NCBI GenBank assembly: GCA_964587805.1
Contig: CAZPMW010000002.1
Location: 1 to 54,425 of the forward strand
Direction: 5' to 3'
Source of the DNA: an uncultured Elusimicrobiaceae bacterium
Lineage (GTDB): Bacteria > Elusimicrobiota > Elusimicrobia > Elusimicrobiales > UBA9959
DNA: 54,425 bases
The position numbers and the translations under genes were made by a program. The notes beneath the pieces were generated by a model. It was not told the DNA's origin and searched no databases. It was given only the letters and a program-made list of their open reading frames with translations. The stretch's first letter is position 1. Each line of letters begins with the position of its first letter. Shown here in pieces: positions 36,455 to 44,222 of this stretch.

Positions 36455-37759
36455 ATGAAGACCCTTAATATTATGGTCTGTATCTGGCTGACGCTGGCCG
36501 CCGGTTCCGTGGCGCAGGAAAAAGCGCCTCTTTCGGAGGAGAACGGAGCCCTGACCGCGGCTCTGACCGGAAACAGGCTCCTGAAGAACAAAGCGGAGGC
36601 ACTGGCCGTCCAGATGAACGGACCTCTGCGCGTCAAAGGCCTGTTTGACAGGACTTTTTATAAATCCGCCTCGCTGGAAAAAACCGTGGAGCTGCTGTCC
36701 AGGATCTGTCGCGAGTACGGCCAAATATCGCTGGTAAGATTTAAATCCTCCGATTCTCCGGACTCCGCGCATTTTATTTTCGAGACCGAAAAAGGGGTGC
36801 AGCTGCCTGTGCTCCTGACCGTTAACGGTGAAACCGGGCTGATCTCCGGAATGTTCTTTACAACGCCCAGCCGCAGGAATGTGCCCCTTGCGTCGGTTAA
36901 GGAGCAGTTTGCCGCCCTGCCTGGCCGCACCGGGTTTCTGGCGGTGAAATTGAACGCGCCCGGAGCGATTCTGGAGGCGCTTAATCCTGACGAGGCCTTC
37001 GCCATAGCTTCGGTCTCCAGGCTTTATCTGCTGGGCGCCGCGCAGCGGAAGGGATATTCCTGGAAGAAGGTGCTTACGGTGAAGGAGTCCGCCAAGTCCC
37101 TGCCCCCCGGCAGGATGCGCAACTGGCCGGACGGGGCCCCGGCGACAGTGTATACGCTGGCTCTGGGGATGATCTCAGAGAACGACAATACGGCTGCCGA
37201 CGCGCTGGCGGACAGCCTGGGCCGCGGGACCATAGAGCGCCTGCTGCCGGAGCTTGGGCACTCGGCCCCGGGGCTCACCACGCCCTTTCTCAAAACGTCC
37301 GACGTGTTCCGTTTGAGAAGCGATACGACGACGGCCCTGAAGTACGCAAACGCCTCTACGCCGGAGAGATATATGATGCTGGATAAGATCTCGCGTGAGC
37401 CGCTGAGCTCCGGGGCTTATAACCCCGGACCGTTCGCGATGGACCGCATAGGGTGGCACGCTTCCCCTGCGGACCTGTGCCGGCTTATGGAATATTTCCG
37501 GAAAAATAAGGACGGTGCCGCCAGGAAGATAATGGCCGCAGCTCCGGGGCTGGATGCGCCCCGGAACAAGTTCGCCTACGCCGGCTATAAGGGCGGGCAG
37601 GAGCCGGGCGTTCTGAGCGCGGTCTGGCTTCTGGAAAAAAATAATGAGGACTGGTACTGCCTTACAGGCTCGTGGAATAACGGCTTAATCGGTCCGGATG
37701 AAAAAAAATTCAACGAGCTTCTGCAGCTCGCTATATACGCCATAGGGGGACAGGAATGA
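36455..37759 (+). CDS. Secreted two-domain protein with a C-terminal class A beta-lactamase-like fold (Cpe/LpqF-like); the SxxK motif reads S-V-S-R
   Basis: Signal peptide present. 'FAIASVSRLYLLGA' sits at the SxxK position, 'SENDNTAADAL' is SDN-like, and 'YKGGQEPG' is KTG-like. ATGA overlap with purN-purH downstream. Confidence 0.5.
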   Translation: MKTLNIMVCIWLTLAAGSVAQEKAPLSEENGALTAALTGNRLLKNKAEALAVQMNGPLRVKGLFDRTFYKSASLEKTVELLSRICREYGQISLVRFKSSDSPDSAHFIFETEKGVQLPVLLTVNGETGLISGMFFTTPSRRNVPLASVKEQFAALPGRTGFLAVKLNAPGAILEALNPDEAFAIASVSRLYLLGAAQRKGYSWKKVLTVKESAKSLPPGRMRNWPDGAPATVYTLALGMISENDNTAADALADSLGRGTIERLLPELGHSAPGLTTPFLKTSDVFRLRSDTTTALKYANASTPERYMMLDKISREPLSSGAYNPGPFAMDRIGWHASPADLCRLMEYFRKNKDGAARKIMAAAPGLDAPRNKFAYAGYKGGQEPGVLSAVWLLEKNNEDWYCLTGSWNNGLIGPDEKKFNELLQLAIYAIGGQE

Positions 37760-39954
37760 AGAACCTCGTCGTTTTTGCTTCCGGCGAAGGCACCAACCTG
37801 CAGGCGCTGATAGACGCCTCTAAAGCGCAAAGACTGGCAGGCCGGATCGTGCTGGTGGTATCGAGCAGGCCCGAAGCCGGCGCCCTTAAAAGAGCGGGCG
37901 CGGAAAATATACCTACGGTGGTAGCGGACCCTAAGAAATTCGCCGATCCCCGCAATTACGACTCTTATCTGAAGGACCTGTGCCTCCGCTATAAAGCGGA
38001 CCTGGTCTGTCTGGCCGGCTTTATGCTGAAGCTGGGGCCCGAGACGCTTAAGGCTTTTCATAACAGGATACTCAACGTGCACCCGGCGCTGCTGCCGGCG
38101 TTCGGCGGCAAGGGCTTTTACGGCATGAAAGTGCACGAAGCCGTCCTGTCTGCCGGAACGCGCCTGAGCGGCGCCACGGTGCATCTCGTGAGCGGGGAAT
38201 ATGACAGCGGCCCGGTGGTGATGCAGCAGGCCGTGACCGTTTTTTCCGACGATACGCCCGCATCTCTGTCCGCCAGGGTGAGCGCGGCTGAACACAGGAT
38301 CTATCCCAAAGCCGCCGACCTTTTCTGCAGGGAGCTGGTTAAAATAGACGGCAATAAGATCTCGTTCCTGAAGCCCGCGGAAAATGAGCCGGGCCGCGTG
38401 AGGCGCGCGCTCATCTCCGTCTCCGATAAGAGCGGCGCGGTGGAGTTCGCTAAAGCTCTGGCGCAGTCGGGCGTTGAGATAATTTCCACCTCCGGAACCT
38501 ATAAGCTTCTGGCTTCGGCCGGCGTGCATGCGCGCGCGCTTGAGACGCTGACCGGATTTCCTGAAATGCTGGACGGCAGGGTAAAAACCCTGCACCCCAT
38601 GGTGCACGGCGGCATACTGTACAAGCGGGACGACCCGGCGCACGCCGAGGAGGCGTTCCGGTACGGCATTGAGCCGATAGATATGGTGATAGTGAACCTC
38701 TATCCTTTCGCTGAGACGGCTAAGAAAGCCGCGCCCTGGTCCGGGGAGCTTATAGAGGATATCGACATCGGCGGCGTGGCGCTTCTGCGGGCCGCGGCCA
38801 AGAATTACAAGGACGTCGCTGTAGTGACCAGCCCGCTGGATTACGACAAGGTGCTGAGGGCGTTAAGGAACAATGACGGGCGCGTTCCGATCGAACTGAA
38901 AAAAGAACTGGCGGTGAAGGCTTTTGAACATACAGGTGCCTATGACACGGCCATCTTCGGGGCGCTCTCAGGCGCCGCGAAGGCCGGCCCGCCCGCCGCT
39001 TCCGCGAAGCCGGAATTCTCCGAAGTATTCGAGGCGAGGCTGAACAAGATAAACGAGCTGCGTTACGGTGAAAACCCGCACCAGAGCTGCGCGCTGTATT
39101 CGCGCAACCACAAACTGCCTTTCACCCTGCTGCAGGGCAAGGAACTTTCCTATAACAATATCCTGGACGCCTACGGCGCTTATCAGGCCGTGCTGGATTT
39201 CGACAAACCCGCCGCCGTTATTTTCAAGCACGTGACTCCTTGCGGCATGGGAACGGGCGCGGACCTGCGGGAGGCCTTTGAAAAAGCCTGGGCCTCTGAT
39301 CCGCTCTCCGCTTTCGGCGGAATAATAGCGGTGAACCGAAAACTTGAGGGGGACATCGCCGGATTTCTGGCGAAAAAATTCATAGAAGTGGTCTGCGCGC
39401 CGGATTTTGACGAAAAGGCCCGTGAAATTTTAGCCGCAAAAGCCAATCTGCGCCTCCTGAAGTGGGAAAATTTCCCCAACGACCACCTGCTGCTCAGGTC
39501 TGTCGGTCATGAGGTGCTGGTCAGCGAGGACGACAGGCAGCTGCTGGGAGACAAGTGGGCAGTCCCGACGCTTAAGCGGCCATCCGCTGAGGAAACGGAG
39601 GCGCTGAAATTCGCCTGGACGGCGGTTAAGTATGTGCGGTCCAACGCGATAGTGCTGGCGGACCGCGGACAGACGGTCGGTATAGGCGCCGGCCAGATGT
39701 CCCGGGTGGACGCCGTACACATGGCGAAGTATAAGTACGGTGAATTCCTGAAGACGAACCAGAAGCCGGGGACGCTGGTTATGGCCTCGGACGCTTTCTT
39801 TCCGTTCCCGGACGCCGTCGAGTCCGCGGCGGCGGCCGGCGTCACCGCGATAATCCAGCCGGGCGGCTCGGTCAAAGACAAGGAAGTTGTAGCGGCAGCC
39901 GATAAGCTCGGCGTCGCTATGGTGCTGACCGGTATGCGTCACTTCCGGCACTAG
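37756..39954 (+). CDS. Fusion protein: PurN (GAR formyltransferase) plus PurH (AICAR formyltransferase / IMP cyclohydrolase)
   Basis: 732 aa. Residues about 1-200 are PurN ('VVFASGEGTNLQALID', 'NVHPALLPAFGG', 'VSGEYDSGPVVMQ'). Residues from about 215 onward are PurH ('ALISVSDKSG', 'STSGTYKLL', 'GRVKTLHPMVHGGIL', C-terminal 'GMRHFRH'). Confidence 0.85.
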   Translation: MKNLVVFASGEGTNLQALIDASKAQRLAGRIVLVVSSRPEAGALKRAGAENIPTVVADPKKFADPRNYDSYLKDLCLRYKADLVCLAGFMLKLGPETLKAFHNRILNVHPALLPAFGGKGFYGMKVHEAVLSAGTRLSGATVHLVSGEYDSGPVVMQQAVTVFSDDTPASLSARVSAAEHRIYPKAADLFCRELVKIDGNKISFLKPAENEPGRVRRALISVSDKSGAVEFAKALAQSGVEIISTSGTYKLLASAGVHARALETLTGFPEMLDGRVKTLHPMVHGGILYKRDDPAHAEEAFRYGIEPIDMVIVNLYPFAETAKKAAPWSGELIEDIDIGGVALLRAAAKNYKDVAVVTSPLDYDKVLRALRNNDGRVPIELKKELAVKAFEHTGAYDTAIFGALSGAAKAGPPAASAKPEFSEVFEARLNKINELRYGENPHQSCALYSRNHKLPFTLLQGKELSYNNILDAYGAYQAVLDFDKPAAVIFKHVTPCGMGTGADLREAFEKAWASDPLSAFGGIIAVNRKLEGDIAGFLAKKFIEVVCAPDFDEKAREILAAKANLRLLKWENFPNDHLLLRSVGHEVLVSEDDRQLLGDKWAVPTLKRPSAEETEALKFAWTAVKYVRSNAIVLADRGQTVGIGAGQMSRVDAVHMAKYKYGEFLKTNQKPGTLVMASDAFFPFPDAVESAAAAGVTAIIQPGGSVKDKEVVAAADKLGVAMVLTGMRHFRH

Positions 39955-40037
39955 CGGGGAAGCGGCGCAGGCGGTGATAATCGCGGCCCGATGCCGGAAG
40001 CGCCCGCTGATATAGAGGTATATATAGCCGCATTTAT

Positions 40038-40802
40038 ATGAAACATAAAATACCGGACGGATCAGAGGTGTACTGGGACGGGCTGCATTACGATCTGTAT
40101 AACGGAGTTTTGCCCGAAGACCTGCCTTTTTACCTGTCTGAGGCCAAAAAAGCCGGCGGGCCTGTGCTGGAACTCGCCTGCGGCACCGGCCGCCTCACCA
40201 TCCCTCTGGCCAAAGCTGGCGTCGACATAACCGGACTGGACGTGGCCGGGCCGATGCTGGCGCGGGCCCGCGCGAAGGCCGCCTCTGAAGGGGTTAAGAT
40301 AAAGCTGGTCCGCTCGGATGTCAGGAAGATCAGTCTTAACGGCAAGTTCAAGCTGATCTTCATCGCCTTCAATTCGATGCAGCATTTGCATGACAGGGCT
40401 TCGCTGGAGCTTTTCTTCTCCGGTATCAGGAAGCGTCTCGCCCCCGGCGGCCGGTTTATCCTGGACGTTTTTAACCCCGACCCGCGCTGCCTGGTAAGGG
40501 ATACGGAGGAGCTGCTGCCGGTCAGCTATTACAAGGATCCGCGCACCGGAGGGGATATCCTGGTGAACGAGCGCTATTCATATGACAGGGCGGCCCAGAC
40601 CTCGCGCATAACCTGGCATTACAAGGCGGGACGCCGCTCGGCAGGCTGCCGCAAGCTTAATATGCGCTGTTTTTACCCGGCCGAACTCGAGGCGTTACTG
40701 CACTACAACGGCTTTAAGATAGTGAGGAAATACGGCGGTTTCGACCGCACCCCGTTTACCGGGGCCAGCCAGAAACAGATCGTGATCTGCCGTATAGCCT
40801 GA
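40038..40802 (+). CDS. Class I SAM-dependent methyltransferase
   Basis: 254 aa. Motif I is 'VLELACGTGRLTIPLA'; 'GGRFILDVFNP' is also present. Confidence 0.75.
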   Translation: MKHKIPDGSEVYWDGLHYDLYNGVLPEDLPFYLSEAKKAGGPVLELACGTGRLTIPLAKAGVDITGLDVAGPMLARARAKAASEGVKIKLVRSDVRKISLNGKFKLIFIAFNSMQHLHDRASLELFFSGIRKRLAPGGRFILDVFNPDPRCLVRDTEELLPVSYYKDPRTGGDILVNERYSYDRAAQTSRITWHYKAGRRSAGCRKLNMRCFYPAELEALLHYNGFKIVRKYGGFDRTPFTGASQKQIVICRIA

Positions 40803-40859
40803 TTTAAGGAAGGGAAGCGGTTAAACAGCGGCCAGCCGCTTCGCCGCGCGTCACTTCAG

Positions 40860-40887
40860 GCCGGCTAAAGCCGGCTCCTGAATTTTT
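40860..40887 (+). terminator. Terminator-like hairpin GCCGGC-TAAA-GCCGGC followed by a T5 run
   Basis: Perfect 6-bp stem at 40860-40875, with TTTTT at 40883-40887. It is preceded by a second hairpin, GAAGCGG (40814-40820) / CCGCTTC (40836-40842). Confidence 0.4.
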
Positions 40888-40890
40888 GGG

Positions 40891-40920
40891 TTGATAGCCC
40901 CCCCTCTGATTTGGTATTAT
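40891..40920 (+). promoter_or_regulatory. Sigma70-like promoter TTGATA-N18-TATTAT for the rpsF operon; the -10 box ends 9 nt before the ATG
   Basis: Read directly. There is no SD between the -10 box and rpsF ATG 40930. Confidence 0.45.
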
Positions 40921-40929
40921 TAATCTACT

Positions 40930-41238
40930 ATGAACACATACGAGCTGATGATCATCATAAATCCCCAGGTTTCCGATACCGAGGCCAATGAGATCGTGGA
41001 AAAGGCCAAGAAGATAGTAACGGACGAAAAGGCCGAGATCCTTAACGAGGACAGGTTGGGCAGAAAAAAATTTTCGCACCCCGTCGGGAAGCACCGGGAC
41101 GGGTTCTATCTCTATATGAAGGTCAAGGCCGCCCCGGAGACCGTGAAAAATATTTCCCACAACCTCAAGCTTCAGGAGTCTATTTTAAGGGCTATGCTGC
41201 TTAAGACGCCCATCGAGCCCGCGGTAAAGAAGGCCTGA
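40930..41238 (+). CDS. rpsF: 30S ribosomal protein S6
   Basis: 102 aa. 'MNTYELMIIINP', 'RLGRKKFSHPV', 'GFYLYM'. Conserved rpsF-ssb-rpsR-rplI order. Confidence 0.9.
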   Translation: MNTYELMIIINPQVSDTEANEIVEKAKKIVTDEKAEILNEDRLGRKKFSHPVGKHRDGFYLYMKVKAAPETVKNISHNLKLQESILRAMLLKTPIEPAVKKA

Positions 41239-41293
41239 CCGGCGGGAAGCGGCGGCTGAGCCCCCGATCGGACAGGGCGAACGCCGGGGTTTT

Positions 41294-41740
41294 ATGAATG
41301 TCAGGATACCCGAACAGAATTTTGTACTGATCTCCGGGCGGCTTACCAGGGACCCGGACATGCGGTATACCCAGAAAGGCCTCGGAGTATGCAGTTTTGA
41401 TGTGGCCGTTAACCGGCGTTATAAGGACCTGGCCTCGGGCGAGTGGAAAGACGACACATCTTACGTGCCCGTCACCGTCTGGGGGCCGATGGGAGAGCGC
41501 TGCAAAGAACGCGCCAAAAAGGGCTGCCCGGTGTACGTTGAGGGACGCCTGTCCAACTCAGAGTATGTGGACAAAACCGGCCAGAAGCGCAAAGTGATGC
41601 GTGTCGTGGCCAAGAGGGTGCAGTTCCTGACCGCGGCCGACGCTTCCGGCGCGCACGATCAGGCGGCCCCTGAGACAGTGGAGGCTGAAGCGCATGCGGA
41701 AAAGTCTTCCGCGTCCGACATGGACGAAGTGCCGTTTTAA
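41294..41740 (+). CDS. ssb: Single-stranded DNA-binding protein
   Basis: 148 aa. OB fold 'NFVLISGRLTRDPDMRYT', 'VWGPMGE', acidic tail ending 'DMDEVPF'. Confidence 0.9.
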   Translation: MNVRIPEQNFVLISGRLTRDPDMRYTQKGLGVCSFDVAVNRRYKDLASGEWKDDTSYVPVTVWGPMGERCKERAKKGCPVYVEGRLSNSEYVDKTGQKRKVMRVVAKRVQFLTAADASGAHDQAAPETVEAEAHAEKSSASDMDEVPF

Positions 41741-41766
41741 CGGATATTAAATAAGAGGATAAACCT

Positions 41767-42081
41767 ATGATCAACGAACCCAATCAAGAACCCAGCAACA
41801 CGGCCGCTCCGCGGCCGGCCGTCGCCAGGGACAGCGGCCCCCGGAGGGCGTCCTTCGGGCCCAGGAAACATTTCGCGCCGAGACGGAAAGTTTGCCGGCT
41901 GTGCGCGGAAAAAATAGCTACCGTGGACTACAAGCAGCTCCAGATAGTAAAGAGCTTCTGCGCCGACGGCGGCAAGATCCTTTCCAGGAGGATCACAGGC
42001 GCGTGCACCAGGCATCAGCGCCAGTTAGCCCGCGCGGTGAAGATCAACAGAAACCTGGCCATACTGCCGTACTCCGGCTGA
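41767..42081 (+). CDS. rpsR: 30S ribosomal protein S18
   Basis: 104 aa. 'CRLCAEKIATVDYKQLQIVKSF', 'GKILSRRITGACTRHQRQLARAVKINRNLAILPY'. Confidence 0.9.
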   Translation: MINEPNQEPSNTAAPRPAVARDSGPRRASFGPRKHFAPRRKVCRLCAEKIATVDYKQLQIVKSFCADGGKILSRRITGACTRHQRQLARAVKINRNLAILPYSG

Positions 42082-42110
42082 TTCTGCATTTTAATTAACG
42101 GGAGCCCCAA

Positions 42111-42563
42111 ATGAAAGTGATTCTTAAAAAAGATATTCCCAGCTTAGGTAAAACCGGCGAGGTTAAGAATGTGCGCAATGGCTACGGCCGCAATTTTCTG
42201 GTGCCCCGCGGCATGGTTGAAGTGGCTACTCCCGGCGCTATGAAGGCGTGGCAGAACAGCGCGGAGAAAAGGGGCAAGCGGATAGCGGTAGAGGACGCCG
42301 GATTCCAGGCGCTCGCTAAGAAAATGTCAGGCATAACTCTTTCCTTCTCCAGACCGGTCTCCGAAGACGGCGTCATGTTCGGTTCCGTCGCCAAGAGCGA
42401 CATAATCAAGAACCTGGCTGCCGCGGATATACAAGTGCATAAAGATATGATCAAGCTGCCCGCTTCGATCAAGGCCGTGGGGGTTGTTGAAGTGGAGATA
42501 GCGCTGAAGCACGATATCACGACCAAAGTCAGCATCACCGTCACCGCGCAAACTAAAGCCTAG
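42111..42563 (+). CDS. rplI: 50S ribosomal protein L9
   Basis: 150 aa. 'MKVILKKDIPSLGKTGEVKNVRNGYGRNFLVPRG'. Confidence 0.9.
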   Translation: MKVILKKDIPSLGKTGEVKNVRNGYGRNFLVPRGMVEVATPGAMKAWQNSAEKRGKRIAVEDAGFQALAKKMSGITLSFSRPVSEDGVMFGSVAKSDIIKNLAAADIQVHKDMIKLPASIKAVGVVEVEIALKHDITTKVSITVTAQTKA

Positions 42564-42581
42564 CGCCTGGCGCTGGTGCAA

Positions 42582-42685
42582 CGTAAGTCGTAAATCGTAA
42601 ATAGTCGCGGAAATCTTTTGATCTCCGCTCTCCGCTACTTGCCGCTCACGACCTACGGCTTACATTCTTAATTCACTCTTTACGG
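42582..42685 (+). repeat. Heptamer-periodic inverted-repeat element, CGTAAAT class, copy C (degenerate)
   Basis: 5' arm is CGTAAGT CGTAAAT CGTAAAT AGTCGCG. The reverse complement of the 3' arm is CGTAAAG AGTGAAT TAAGAAT GTAAGCC GTAGGTC GTGAGCG GC. It shares the GTGAGCGGC.AG..GCGG.GAG module with copy B, on the opposite arm. Confidence 0.6.
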
Positions 42686-42701
42686 CCCCTCTCACACGGT
42701 T

Positions 42702-44096
42702 ATGAATAACATTAAAGTTCCGCCGCAATCCATTGAGGCTGAAATGGCCGTTTTAGGGGCCATGCTTATAGATAAGGACGCCATAGGCACGGTTATGGAA
42801 GTCCTTCTGCCGAAGCATTTTTACAGCGATGTGCACCGCCGGATCTTCGAATCCATAACCGAACTATATAACCGCAATCAGCCGGTGGACATCGTTACGC
42901 TGTCAGCCGAGCTGAAGAAGAGCAACAGGCTTGAGAGTCTCGGGGGCCAGGCCTACCTCTCTGACCTGATGGAGAAGGTTTCCACCTCGGCCCACACCCA
43001 GGCCTACGCGCAGCTGGTAAAGGAAAAAGCCATGCTGCGCGACCTCATCCGCGTTTCCACGGGGGTCATAGAAAAATCCTTCGAAAACTCCGAGGACGCC
43101 GCTAAAATACTGGACTACGCGCAGGAACAGATAATAGACGTGGCCCAGAACAGCACGGACCACGGCTTTTCCTCCGCGCAAGATCTGGCCCAGGAAGTGA
43201 TAGAGCGCCTGGAGAAGGCGCACGGAGATAAGAGCAATGTCACTGGGGTGCCGACCGGCTTCCGCCGTTTCGACGAGATGACCTCCGGCCTGCAGAAATC
43301 CGACCTGATCATACTGGCGGCCCGCCCCAGCCAGGGGAAGACAGCCATGGCGCTGAACATGGCCTACTACGCGGCCGTTGACGACACGGGTAAGCCGCAG
43401 ATCCCCGTCGCCATCTTTTCGCTGGAAATGGATAAATACGCGATTTTTCAGCGTATGCTCTGCGCCGCGGCCGGCGCGAACCTTCACAGCATACGCAAGG
43501 GCTTTTTCCCCAGGGAAGTGTGGACAGACCTGACCAGATTCTCCGGTAAGATAGCCGGGGCCCCGCTCTGGATAGACGATTCTTCCAGCCTCAATATCCT
43601 TGACATCCGCTCCCGGGTGCGCAAATTGCAGAGCCAGCTTAAAAATCAGAATAAGACCCTGGGCCTGATAATCATAGACTACATACAGCTGATCCGCGGA
43701 ACCGGCCGCATGGAAAGCCGCCAGCAGGAGGTCTCGGAGATCTCCCGGCTGCTGAAGGACCTGGCCAGGTCGCTGAAGGTGCCGGTGCTGGCGCTTTCAC
43801 AGCTTAACCGCCGCAGCGAGGATAAGGGGCGCGAAGGCAACCGGCCGCAGCTCTCCGATCTGCGCGAATCAGGCTCGCTCGAGCAGGATGCGGACGTGGT
43901 GGCCCTGATCCACCGGCCGGAATATTACAACCGCGAGGACCCGACCCTCAAAAACAAGGCTTCCATCATAATAGCTAAACAGAGGAACGGCCCGGTGGGC
44001 GAAGTGGAGCTCTATTTCAGGTCCGAGCTGACCAGGTTTGAAAATCCTCAGATGCCCGGCACCGAGGTCATCGCGGAAGAAGAAGCGATACTTTAG
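42702..44096 (+). CDS. dnaB: Replicative DNA helicase DnaB
   Basis: 464 aa, no intein. 'PPQSIEAEMAVLGAML', Walker A 'ARPSQGKTA', 'IIIDYIQL', 'ALSQLNR', 'IAKQRNGP'. Confidence 0.95.
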   Translation: MNNIKVPPQSIEAEMAVLGAMLIDKDAIGTVMEVLLPKHFYSDVHRRIFESITELYNRNQPVDIVTLSAELKKSNRLESLGGQAYLSDLMEKVSTSAHTQAYAQLVKEKAMLRDLIRVSTGVIEKSFENSEDAAKILDYAQEQIIDVAQNSTDHGFSSAQDLAQEVIERLEKAHGDKSNVTGVPTGFRRFDEMTSGLQKSDLIILAARPSQGKTAMALNMAYYAAVDDTGKPQIPVAIFSLEMDKYAIFQRMLCAAAGANLHSIRKGFFPREVWTDLTRFSGKIAGAPLWIDDSSSLNILDIRSRVRKLQSQLKNQNKTLGLIIIDYIQLIRGTGRMESRQQEVSEISRLLKDLARSLKVPVLALSQLNRRSEDKGREGNRPQLSDLRESGSLEQDADVVALIHRPEYYNREDPTLKNKASIIIAKQRNGPVGEVELYFRSELTRFENPQMPGTEVIAEEEAIL

Positions 44097-44129
44097 CCCG
44101 AAAATGCCGGTGGATCTTTCGGGCTAAAG
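44091..44129 (+). other. Perfect 13-bp stem-loop spanning the dnaB stop codon (CTTTAGCCCGAAA / TTTCGGGCTAAAG, 13-nt loop)
   Basis: Read directly: 44091-44103 pairs with 44117-44129. No U tract follows. The 3' arm overlaps the first unit of the AAGGATN element. Confidence 0.6.
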
Positions 44130-44216
44130 GATGAGGGATCAAGGATGAAGGATAAGGGCGGGAGAAATTATTAATCTGTTCTTCCCTGGTCCTTCGTCCT
44201 TTATCCTTGGTCCTTT
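44126..44216 (+). repeat. Heptamer-periodic inverted-repeat element, AAGGATN class
   Basis: 5' arm is AAGGATG AGGGATC AAGGATG AAGGATA AGGGCGG. 3' arm is CTTCCCT GGTCCTT CGTCCTT TATCCTT GGTCCTT. Nt 44126-44163 pair with 44179-44216 over 38 positions (28 WC, 6 G.U, 4 mismatches). Confidence 0.75.
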
Positions 44217-44222
44217 CTGATT

